Source: a virus
Lineage: Duplodnaviria; Caudoviricetes
Virus record (IMG/VR): IMGVR_UViG_3300001765_000047
Location: 1-54,581 of that record
Direction: 5' to 3' (one strand)
DNA: 54,581 nucleotides
Shown: positions 36,135 through 43,994 of the stretch, one piece after another
Numbering within the stretch: the first letter of the stretch is position 1
Layout: each line of letters opens with the position of its first letter
Notes under the pieces: model-generated
Told to the model about the DNA's origin: nothing
Databases searched by the model: none
What the model saw: only the letters and a program-made list of their open reading frames with translations
Made by a program: the position numbers and the translations under genes

Positions 36135-39100
36135 TTAAAACATCGAACCCTGCTGCTTATCCAGCATCCGCTTGCTGATTGCGCCAGCGATGCCTGTGTC
36201 ATCAAGCCCCCCCATCGGGTCAAGCATCATCTCGCGCAGGGCGTATTTCTTTTGAAGCCTGCGCAGCGCCGTGCGCTCGGATTTGTGATCGGATGCCAGG
36301 GTGTACACCGACACGTCGTTTTTTTGCCCGAGGCGGTGGATTCGCGCACTGCGTTGGCCGTGGGCCATGGCAGTATCCGGAACGTCATGCTGGCAGAGCC
36401 AAGTTCCGCGCTGCAAATTTTGGCCGACAGCCCCCGCGTCCGAGCACACCATGATGTCCGCCTTGGCATCGCCCGCCTCGGGCTGGAACAGCGCCCGCTT
36501 TTTCGCCTTGTCCTTTGCTGAGTCGCCTCCCGTGATGCTGGTCACCTTGTGGCCTTTGGCCTCCAGCGCCTTGATGATCTGCGCCACAGCCGCCCGGTTG
36601 TGCGCAAACACCACGCCGGGCTGGCCCTTGTGCTTGTCGGCCAGTTCCAGCATCTTGTCGATCTTGGAGTTGCCTTTCTCGGATGAATTGATCACCCGCT
36701 TGACAGCCGACTCCTTCATGATGCCAGCCGACTCGGCGATGCCCTTGGCAATAGCCTCATGCTGGTCGTCTGGCACGCCTTCAAACGATGACGGGCTGAG
36801 AGCTTTGGCTGATTCCACATCCACCTTGCCCGATGCCTTTGCCGCAGCCAGGCGCGCCATGGTCTTGTCGATGCCGCCTATCGCCTCTTTTTGGTGGTCA
36901 GACAGCGGCACGGTGATATTCTGATAGTCAGCCTTCACGTCCGGAGTGATGGTGTTGCTGATGCCGTAGCGCGCCATTTCGCGCTTGAGTCCGGCCTTTG
37001 CCGCCAGGGTGTCGCCGCCATAGGAACGCATGAACGCCGCCCGGTCGGGGTAGCGCGACCTGTCCATTTTCTCCAAGACAGAATGAATTTCACTGTTGTG
37101 ATGCCAAATCCCATGCGCCAAATAGTTATGGAAAATAGGCACCGTCAGGTCGTAAATATCTGCTGCGTCTTGCTTTATGATTGCGGTTATCTTGTTATAA
37201 AGGACGTTCCATGAGAGATGGCATGACAAAGAAGATGCGGGCGATTCGAGAGCTTCTTGATTCGCATCGTTCTGACATTGAAGTATGGGTTCAGCAGGGC
37301 AGAACCCTTGAACAGATGGGAGATGATCTCGGCGTGAGTTACGGAACAGTGCGCAATTACTGCATTCGTAACTCGATCCCGTACAACACGAAGCGCGGCT
37401 GGCGTTTTGGGTCAAACATGGGTGAAGAACATCACAGTTGGAAAGGTGGCCGTCATGTTGCTCCTGATGGTTACGTCTATGTATTGGCAAAGAACCACCC
37501 GAATGCAAACCGTCAAGGGAAAATCCGCGAACACAGGCTTGTGATGTCGAATATTCTTGGCCGCCCACTAGACCCAAAAGAGGTTGTTCATCACATTGAT
37601 GGTGACAAGTCGAACAATCACCCTGATAACCTTGAATTGCTTTCAAGCAATGGCGATCACATTCACCATCATCACACCGGATGGAAGTGGTCTGAGGAAT
37701 CTCGCAAGAGGCTATCTGAGGCAACAAAAGGGAAGGTGAATAAACCGCATTCTCCTGAGCATAGGGAAAAGATGCGGGTTCTGATGACCGGGCGTGTGTT
37801 TTCTCCAGAAACGATTCAAAAGATGAAAGATGCCGCGAAGAATCGGAAGCCAAGAACCCAAGAGCAGAACATGGCATCGGCAGAGGCAATGCGGAAAGCT
37901 CACGCATTGAATCCTGATTGGGGAAAGAAGGCTGGCGAGGCAATGTCAAGGGCAATGAAGGCGAAACGGCAATCTCAGAGCCAACAGAAAGATCAGACAA
38001 GTGCATCCAGCCATCAGGAGTTAGAAATCTGTGATCAGCAGCAACCGTGATTATGAGATTTCCGACTGCCACCTCAAACATTGGCCTATTTTCTGACTTG
38101 ATAAACGGTATGGATGCCTCGACCACATGCACATTGCTGGTATCAACATCAAGCGCATAGACGAATGGCCCAATCCCAGAACATGCCCAATCCTGCACCG
38201 TTGCAGACACGCTCCGAACTGGATCGAATATCACCGAGTTAGGATGCAAACATGAATCATTTTTCACCGTGTCCCCGCTCATATTCGCCAGGTACGGGGT
38301 GTTTTCCGTCACGGCATCAATCACGTTGGCACGGGCAGAATTCTCCTTCCCGGCCCGGTTGAGCATCTGGTGCGCCTCGTCCACAAACGTGGCTCCGAAG
38401 TCCATGCCCTCCTTTTCCATGACAGACTTAGCCCATGCCTTGCGGTCATCTTGGCTCATGGCCGCGACCTGCTCATTCATCGCATCCTCGCTTATCCCAG
38501 CGTGCTGGGCACCCATGTGCAGCATATCTGCCCGGAATGATTCGTGCGTAACCACATTGAAGTGGTTGCTGGCATCCTTGTAACCCGCGATGCGCTCGGC
38601 CTGCGAAGCCCCCGGCTGGCAATGCCACTTGAACTGGCCCGCCTCCAGGGAACGCGAGGCCTCGGCACCATACTGGTCTTGCACAATGCTGGGCACCAGA
38701 TGCAGCGCCCGCTTGATTTTCCCGGTCTTGATCAGGTGCGCCGTCGCCCCCAAAGCAACGTTCGTCTTGCCTGAACCCGCGCCTAGACCGAGTACCACCC
38801 GTTTGTTGGCCTCCATCAACTTGATGGCGCGCTGCTGTGGCGAGAACTTTTCCCCGGACATCGACACGTTCCACAACTTTGTCGGCTTGCCCGGCTTGAA
38901 GTTCTGCCCCACCACCGACATCATCCCGGCGATTTTCTGCTCTGCCGCATGGCCCAGCGAGAAACGCTCGTCGGCCCCGAGTTTTGGCGTTTCGTGCTTT
39001 TCCGGCTCGTCGCTTGGGCCAAACATATCGCCGCCGTCATCCGTCGAGAAGAACCCCATCTGCGCCTGCTCGAACGCCGCCTGGGCCTCCTTTTGCGCCT

Positions 39101-42100
39101 CGATCTTGTCCGACACCGACCCGCTGGCGTACTTGCCATTGATGCGCTCGCGTAGGGAGTCGATCAATTCCTTTTCCTTGGCCTGGCGCGCCGCCCGCGC
39201 CTCGGGGTCAACAGCATCAAGATGGTTCAGCCCGCCCTGGATCGTGGTCTTGCCAACCTTGAGTGGCGACTTCGGATTGAGTTTGTTGTGGGCATCCGCA
39301 AAGCCAGACACGACCTGCGAGCGAACCAAGTCCTGAGTGGACGATATGGCCTTGGCTGGACTACCCATGATGCCGACGTACTTGTTCCAGTCCAGACCCG
39401 CCGCGTTGACCTGTTGCGCCAAATCATCGCGCTTGGCCTTCCACGAGTGCCAGTCCGGGTTGATCGATTCCTCGCCGAACATATCGATAGAGGATTTCTC
39501 TGGCTCGTTTTTCTCAGTATCGGCCAGGTCGGCCTTTAGTCCGTCAGCGCCCGCGTCCTTCTTGCCGACATTGGATTCCCACCACTTGCGCAGGCCGGTA
39601 CGTTCCTGCGGGGTCAGGTCGCCGATTGGCTTAAACGCCGCCACACCCTCGGGCGTTGCAGACAGCGACCGGTGCAGCGCATCAACCGACTTTTTATCGA
39701 CCTCGAAGTTTTGCCGGTGCAGCGCGCTGGTGCCCGGCCCGTAGTTGGATGACACGAAGTCGTCGGCCATTTTCTCGAATGATTCCTTGAGCGAGTCGAT
39801 AGGCTTCATCTTGCCGCCCGCACCCTTGAGTGGAGCCACCTCGTCCAGCGCCGCCCGGTAAGCCGCAGGATCGCCAGCCTTGGCAAAGAAGTCGCTGGAT
39901 TGAATGTCGGCCAGAATGTCCTGTAGCGCGCCGCCGTCAGCGACCCGGCCACCGACGTAATCACGCAGCGAAGCAGCCAGATCAGACCCAGGTTGAAACG
40001 GTTTTGCCAGCTTGACCGCCACACCCGGCTCGACGTGCATCGCCAGGTCAGGCCGATTGGCGAAGCCCTGCGGCAGCCAGCCGTCCTCGTCCATGTCGCC
40101 CCGGATGATCGCCAGATTGCGCTTGATCTGTTTCAGTCCTTCCACATCGACCGGTTTTGCAAGACGGTCAAGCCCCTCTCCGGTGACCGTGGCTACCAAG
40201 TTGCCGCCCACGTCATCGAGTTTGTAGTCGCCCGACTTCAGGCCCAGGGCGTGCAGTTGAGTGATCGCCGCCTTGGCCTCGGTTTTCCCAAGCGACACCT
40301 CGACTTTGTCCTTGGCGCCCTGGCGCATCGCCATGACCAGCGCCGCATTGGCCTGAAGTTCGCCCGTGGCCTGCCCGAGGATGCGCTTCGCATCCTTGAC
40401 CGCCTCTCGCCGCCGGTGATTCAGTTCCTGGGCGTGCGCCAGGTCAAAGCCGTCCTTGCCGTCCGGCAGTTCGATATCGCTGGCCGCTTTTGCCAGCGCC
40501 TGCGCCTGGCTGACCGCAGCATCCTGCTTATCAGCCTGCGAGCCAGTGTGGTAATCCTCGACCCCCTGCTTGATGGCTTCGTAGTCGTCGGCCTGGTAAT
40601 CTCTGGCGATGCGCCGCGCCAGTATCTGCGCCGCCGCATTGATCCCGAGCACGTCCACCACCGACCTGTCGATCAGCGGCTCGCCGCCAACCGCCGTGCT
40701 GAAGGCGTTCAGGGAATTGAAAGCCCCGGCCCCGACGTGGCCTCCCAGCGATTCCTCCCCGCCCATCTTGTCGATTTCGGACAGCAGGCCAACAGCACCG
40801 ATGGTCTTAATGTCCTGCTCCATCTGTTTTTTAGCGCCAGCCTCCACCTCGGCATCCGACACCTCCAGCACATACGCCTTGGATTCGACAATTTTGGCGC
40901 TGGCCAATTCCATGCTCGCATGGCGCGCAAGTTGTTCCGCCATCTTGAGTTTTTTGCTGGCCAATACCAGCGCCGCCGCCTTGGTCGCATCCTCAAGCAC
41001 CCGCACCGATGGCTTGTGGGTTTCCGGGTTCGACAATTTGAAAGCATCAAGCTCTTTGCCGATATTCTCGGCCTCAACCTTCTGAGCAGCCGTTTTTTCT
41101 GCTTTTGCCGGGTCTTTTTGGGCACCGTGGACGGCTGTAAGCTCTTTTTCAACCACATCAGGGGTCAACCCCTGCTTTGCCGCCCGGTCGCCGTAGTCGG
41201 CTGAAAATCCCAACCCCGACGGTTTGTCGCTCACCGGGTCAAGGTCGGCGACCGAGATCACGTCGTCAGCCTTGGCTTGCAGCGGCATGTCACCCAGGCC
41301 CGAAGCCGCCAGGGCATCATGGTCGTTGAGTAGCATCTTGCGGTTGACGTTCACGGCATCCTTGGCGCGCTTGAACAGGTCAGCCGCGTGTTCGCGTTTG
41401 GCTTTCAGGATAGCCTCGTCGGACAGGCCCGCGCCCTCCATCTTGGACTCGTCGAACTCGGTGTCAGTCCAGCCCATAGCCTCAGACACGGTTTTGACGA
41501 ATTCCTCGCGCTGCTTTTTCATTTCCAGCTTGAGCTTGCCTTTTTCCTCTTGCTTTGCCCCGTGTATGCCGGATGCCTTGTCGGCCTCGGTCTGCGCCTT
41601 TTGCTTTTCCTGCCGCTCCTTTTGTTTGGCCGCAATGGACTCCTTGTAACCCTCGCCAGTCTTGACCGACCGCAACTTCAGGTGGTTCAGCGCGCCACCA
41701 GCGCCGCCGATCACGCGCATGGAACCGTCCGAGTGGGGCATGACCAGGATGGGTTGACCTTTTCCGCCTCCGCTATTTACGGTAATCCAATGGGCACCTT
41801 CAGGGATTGGCCCGTGCTCGGACTTGGCAAGCATTTCCTGGCCGAAGTCAAAACCCCCGGATTCGAGGGATTTGATCATGGCCGGTTTGTCGAACGTCGC
41901 CCGCGCCTTGGCGACGAACTCAGCGACCGGCATGGCCGTCACCGGCCCCAGGAACCGCAAGTCGTTATAGTGCCGCAGGAAAGCATCCACCGCATCGGCC
42001 TCGCTGCTGAAATTTACTAAAACCTTGTCCTCGTCGTAGCGGCCCCAATCGCCAGCCTTGCGCTGGTGAACCACATAGACCATGGGCGCATCCTCGACCG

Positions 42101-42446
42101 GCCCCAGGTACACATCGACGCTGTCCCCGTCAACACCCATGGTCATGCGCAAATAGCCGTAGGCGAACAGCATCTTGGTTTCCCAAGCCTTGCCATTGGG
42201 GTCAACGCCACGCCGTACCGACCCGGCCTCGTTCTCGATGCTGATGGTCATCCCGTTCCATGGCACTTTGCGCTTGGGGTAGTTGCCAGCCTTGAGTTGC
42301 GCCTCGGTGGGCGCGCTTGCCTTGACGAAGGAATCTGGCGGCTCACCGTTGAGCTGCGAGATTGGCCCGGCCTTGCAAAAGGAGTCGTAGTCAGGCTGGG
42401 CGTATTCCGGCACTTGGCCGATGGAGTCAAAGTCGAGTGAGGTCAT
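36135..42446 (-). CDS. Polyvalent protein: inorganic pyrophosphatase-like domain plus SNF2-family helicase (DarB-like architecture) containing an intein, 2103 aa
   Basis: N-terminal GNY.K..ISIEN..GS.R.G..YGY..G.DGD.VDVYLG..DEDKV; helicase motifs GAGSGKT, DEAH, SGDTVKN, VVFAH, SDAGAVGQNLQ and QRSARIHRLGQ. Confidence 0.85.
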   Translation of the reverse strand: MTSLDFDSIGQVPEYAQPDYDSFCKAGPISQLNGEPPDSFVKASAPTEAQLKAGNYPKRKVPWNGMTISIENEAGSVRRGVDPNGKAWETKMLFAYGYLRMTMGVDGDSVDVYLGPVEDAPMVYVVHQRKAGDWGRYDEDKVLVNFSSEADAVDAFLRHYNDLRFLGPVTAMPVAEFVAKARATFDKPAMIKSLESGGFDFGQEMLAKSEHGPIPEGAHWITVNSGGGKGQPILVMPHSDGSMRVIGGAGGALNHLKLRSVKTGEGYKESIAAKQKERQEKQKAQTEADKASGIHGAKQEEKGKLKLEMKKQREEFVKTVSEAMGWTDTEFDESKMEGAGLSDEAILKAKREHAADLFKRAKDAVNVNRKMLLNDHDALAASGLGDMPLQAKADDVISVADLDPVSDKPSGLGFSADYGDRAAKQGLTPDVVEKELTAVHGAQKDPAKAEKTAAQKVEAENIGKELDAFKLSNPETHKPSVRVLEDATKAAALVLASKKLKMAEQLARHASMELASAKIVESKAYVLEVSDAEVEAGAKKQMEQDIKTIGAVGLLSEIDKMGGEESLGGHVGAGAFNSLNAFSTAVGGEPLIDRSVVDVLGINAAAQILARRIARDYQADDYEAIKQGVEDYHTGSQADKQDAAVSQAQALAKAASDIELPDGKDGFDLAHAQELNHRRREAVKDAKRILGQATGELQANAALVMAMRQGAKDKVEVSLGKTEAKAAITQLHALGLKSGDYKLDDVGGNLVATVTGEGLDRLAKPVDVEGLKQIKRNLAIIRGDMDEDGWLPQGFANRPDLAMHVEPGVAVKLAKPFQPGSDLAASLRDYVGGRVADGGALQDILADIQSSDFFAKAGDPAAYRAALDEVAPLKGAGGKMKPIDSLKESFEKMADDFVSSNYGPGTSALHRQNFEVDKKSVDALHRSLSATPEGVAAFKPIGDLTPQERTGLRKWWESNVGKKDAGADGLKADLADTEKNEPEKSSIDMFGEESINPDWHSWKAKRDDLAQQVNAAGLDWNKYVGIMGSPAKAISSTQDLVRSQVVSGFADAHNKLNPKSPLKVGKTTIQGGLNHLDAVDPEARAARQAKEKELIDSLRERINGKYASGSVSDKIEAQKEAQAAFEQAQMGFFSTDDGGDMFGPSDEPEKHETPKLGADERFSLGHAAEQKIAGMMSVVGQNFKPGKPTKLWNVSMSGEKFSPQQRAIKLMEANKRVVLGLGAGSGKTNVALGATAHLIKTGKIKRALHLVPSIVQDQYGAEASRSLEAGQFKWHCQPGASQAERIAGYKDASNHFNVVTHESFRADMLHMGAQHAGISEDAMNEQVAAMSQDDRKAWAKSVMEKEGMDFGATFVDEAHQMLNRAGKENSARANVIDAVTENTPYLANMSGDTVKNDSCLHPNSVIFDPVRSVSATVQDWACSGIGPFVYALDVDTSNVHVVEASIPFIKSENRPMFEVAVGNLIITVAADHRFLTPDGWMHLSDLSVGSEIAVSPSLPLTLPRQPSFPNQDSMRELSALPLPMPCSALGFLASDSSRHLSSFESFLEKTHARSSEPASFPYAQENAVYSPSLLLPQIASCEIPQTTSIRCDDGECDRHCLKAIQGYQGDCSTCHHQCDEQPLLGLVGGQEYSTSQACVRGFSLDGLHSGGSLPIHRRNHQEQHDGHLSNCDVLHPCLTQNASRASCCTGSSYECSNCALFRNSRRDHLPSVQGFCPAEPILQCQNDANQEALESPASSLSCHLSWNVLYNKITAIIKQDAADIYDLTVPIFHNYLAHGIWHHNSEIHSVLEKMDRSRYPDRAAFMRSYGGDTLAAKAGLKREMARYGISNTITPDVKADYQNITVPLSDHQKEAIGGIDKTMARLAAAKASGKVDVESAKALSPSSFEGVPDDQHEAIAKGIAESAGIMKESAVKRVINSSEKGNSKIDKMLELADKHKGQPGVVFAHNRAAVAQIIKALEAKGHKVTSITGGDSAKDKAKKRALFQPEAGDAKADIMVCSDAGAVGQNLQRGTWLCQHDVPDTAMAHGQRSARIHRLGQKNDVSVYTLASDHKSERTALRRLQKKYALREMMLDPMGGLDDTGIAGAISKRMLDKQQGSMF
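37095..38252 (-). mobile_element. Intein (386 aa) inserted just after helicase motif III
   Basis: Starts CLHPNSVI; block B ITVAADHRFLT..GW..L..G; blocks F/G DIYDLTVPIFHNYLAHGIWHHN followed by Ser. Removal restores SGDTVKNDS-SEIHSVL. Confidence 0.92.
37211..38050 (+). CDS. HNH homing endonuclease with N-terminal HTH and NUMOD3-like repeats, antisense inside the intein
   Basis: WKGG..DGYVYV..HP..EHRLVM..LGRPL..EVVHHIDGDKSNNHPDNLEL; WSEESRKRLS, HSPEHREKM and FSPETIQKM repeats; SD AAGGA before ATG 37211 (track start 37181). Confidence 0.9.
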   Translation: MRDGMTKKMRAIRELLDSHRSDIEVWVQQGRTLEQMGDDLGVSYGTVRNYCIRNSIPYNTKRGWRFGSNMGEEHHSWKGGRHVAPDGYVYVLAKNHPNANRQGKIREHRLVMSNILGRPLDPKEVVHHIDGDKSNNHPDNLELLSSNGDHIHHHHTGWKWSEESRKRLSEATKGKVNKPHSPEHREKMRVLMTGRVFSPETIQKMKDAAKNRKPRTQEQNMASAEAMRKAHALNPDWGKKAGEAMSRAMKAKRQSQSQQKDQTSASSHQELEICDQQQP

Positions 42447-42460
42447 CCGTAAAGGATGCA

Positions 42461-42468
42461 GTCACGAC
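42461..42468 (-). promoter_or_regulatory. Putative late promoter GTCGTGAC-TG-CATCCT-TTACGG-ATG (leaderless)
   Basis: Motif ends 14 nt before ATG 42446. Confidence 0.78.
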
Positions 42469-42476
42469 AGGGATTG

Positions 42477-42605
42477 TGACCGCTTACGCCGGTCAGTCGT
42501 GCCCGTGGAACCATCCACTCACAGCCTGGTGATGCAGACTGATGTCAGGAGTCGAACCTGCTTTTCCTTACCCAACCTCGGCAAGCGAGGCGAACTCGAA
42601 TCGCC
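42477..42605 (-). ncRNA. Possible structured RNA with two T-loop-like hairpins
   Basis: Five short hairpins, including CAGG-TTCGACT-CCTG and GGCGA-TTCGAGT-TCGCC; no full cloverleaf. Confidence 0.35.
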
Positions 42606-42619
42606 ATTCAAGCGGGATG

Positions 42620-42853
42620 TTACTCCGTAATGCGCTGCTTCGCCAGCCCAATAACCTGCGCCAGTTTGGCCCGCTCCATAACGAGCGTCTGGTACTCCTT
42701 CGCCACGGCATCATCGAACATGGCCGTCGGGCGCAACTGGTCGAGCCTGGCCGACACTTCGCCGTCACGCTCCACCGCCCGGTCGTGGATGCGCTGCTCT
42801 GCCGCGTTGGTGCGCGAGGTCAGCGCGGATAGATCGCCAAGGAGTTGCTTCAC
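42620..42853 (-). CDS. Hypothetical coiled-coil protein, 77 aa
   Basis: GTGA overlap with the upstream gene; helical composition. Confidence 0.6.
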   Translation of the reverse strand: MKQLLGDLSALTSRTNAAEQRIHDRAVERDGEVSARLDQLRPTAMFDDAVAKEYQTLVMERAKLAQVIGLAKQRITE

Positions 42854-43152
42854 GACGGCTTTTTATTGGACAGCCCGGCCAAAAAGCCTTTGTGTGTGGA
42901 GTGCGAATAACCAGCCCTGGCGTGAACAACTGGACTATTCACTCCACGCGAGAACCCCTCGACCTCATCAACATCTTGCCCATCCTTGTCATAAAGGGTA
43001 TCCCCTTGCTTAAGTTCAGAGTGATGCACGCCAAATTCAGCAGCGGGTCGCTTTTTCGATGCCACCCGTTTGTCGTCATGCGCCTGCACGACGCTGCCGT
43101 TCTTGCGAGTGAACGCATCAATGTGAGATTTGAGAAGGGTAAATTTGTCCAT
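42850..43152 (-). CDS. Putative head-cargo protein with KSH leader, 100 aa
   Basis: N-terminus LLKSHIDAFTRKNGSVVQAHDDKR; SD GGAG. Confidence 0.7.
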   Translation of the reverse strand: MDKFTLLKSHIDAFTRKNGSVVQAHDDKRVASKKRPAAEFGVHHSELKQGDTLYDKDGQDVDEVEGFSRGVNSPVVHARAGYSHSTHKGFLAGLSNKKPS

Positions 43153-43196
43153 GAATGGCTCCAGCAGGGATTGGTTTTAAGTGATGTGACCATAGA

Positions 43197-43204
43197 GTCA
43201 CGAC
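43197..43204 (-). promoter_or_regulatory. Putative late promoter GTCGTGAC-TC-TATGGT-CACATCA
   Basis: Intergenic; near-identical to the copy at 36118. Confidence 0.78.
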
Positions 43205-43213
43205 CGGAGCAAA

Positions 43214-43483
43214 TCATTTCTCGACCACCTCGCCACGGCTCTTAAACCCCGCCCCCCGCTCGCGCTTGCGCGTCAACCCGATCCGGCCAATAGCTGCCTT
43301 GAAGTCCAGCCTGGCCTCGGCCATTTCCCCCATCAGCACCACGATCACCGCCAGGCTGTCAGGCACCACACCAGCAGCGCCGTAGTTGGTCAACGACCGC
43401 TTGTTCATGTTCAACAGGTCGGCCAGTTCCGTGAGGGTCAGTCCGGCCTTGCCGACCTGGCGCTTGAATTCGTCGTAAGTCAT
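43214..43483 (-). CDS. XRE-family HTH transcriptional regulator, 89 aa
   Basis: FKRQVGKAGLTLTELADLLNMNKRSLTNY..VP HTH; divergent from the plus-strand operon. Confidence 0.8.
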   Translation of the reverse strand: MTYDEFKRQVGKAGLTLTELADLLNMNKRSLTNYGAAGVVPDSLAVIVVLMGEMAEARLDFKAAIGRIGLTRKRERGAGFKSRGEVVEK

Positions 43484-43489
43484 GGGCGA

Positions 43490-43518
43490 ACGCTAACACA
43501 CCGCCGCCACAAAGGCAA
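43490..43518 (-). promoter_or_regulatory. Sigma70-type promoter for a leaderless XRE transcript
   Basis: TTGCCT-N17-TAGCGT (preceded by TG-n), then 6 nt to ATG 43483. Confidence 0.55.
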
Positions 43519-43580
43519 ACTTGAACCAAACATAAAACTTCACATTTCAAAGTTTTTTATTTTAATTTCACACTAATTGC

Positions 43581-43609
43581 TTGCATTCACACTAAATCAT
43601 GTTTATGAT
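43581..43609 (+). promoter_or_regulatory. Sigma70-type promoter of the accessory operon
   Basis: TTGCAT-N17-TATGAT with AT-rich upstream tract; TTCACACTAA direct repeats at 43567 and 43586. Confidence 0.7.
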
Positions 43610-43641
43610 TCAGGCACACACCAACCAACCAAGGACACACC

Positions 43642-43944
43642 ATGAAAACGATGATGAAAAACATGAAGGCCATCACGGCCAACCTAAGAGAAAAGATGAT
43701 GAAAGACCTCGGTGCCACCAACGGCAAGCCGGTCAGCGAACGCACCCTGCAATTCGACTGCAAGCCCAAAGCCGACGGCACCAACCGGATCAAGGTCACG
43801 ATGACCGAGAACGGCAAGCTGATGGTTCGTGGCTACAAGATCGAGGAAACCGACATGATGTTCGACATCGACCCGGCCAGCCTCGAAACCGCCCTCCAGA
43901 ACATCGGGAACATCACGCTCCCGGCGACCCCCACCATTTACTAA
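43642..43944 (+). CDS. Hypothetical protein, 100 aa
   Basis: SD AAGGA; first gene after the promoter; C-rich third codon positions. Confidence 0.7.
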   Translation: MKTMMKNMKAITANLREKMMKDLGATNGKPVSERTLQFDCKPKADGTNRIKVTMTENGKLMVRGYKIEETDMMFDIDPASLETALQNIGNITLPATPTIY

Positions 43945-43994
43945 ACCAAGCCAGGGGCATCCCGCCCCTGACAAACCACTGAAAGAGAAACACC

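Noticed and set aside
37170-37201. Promoter for the antisense HNH (TGtTATAAA)
   Set aside because: Extended -10-like but missing the final T, with no well-spaced -35 or late motif; too weak to call.
39993-41204. 403-aa plus-strand ORF opposite the helicase gene (likewise 23634..24731, 33158..34180, 27699..28556, 53184..53897)
   Set aside because: Shadow ORFs of GC-rich coding sequence with no recognisable motifs, unlike the antisense HNH at 37211..38050.
42500-42610. Complete tRNA gene or attachment site
   Set aside because: Only T-arm-like hairpins; no cloverleaf could be built and no integrase is in the window. Kept only as a possible ncRNA.
43952-43970. Hairpin CAGGGGC-ATCCC-GCCCCTG as a terminator
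   Set aside because: No U-tract on the plus strand and it lies inside an operon; at most a stability or processing hairpin.
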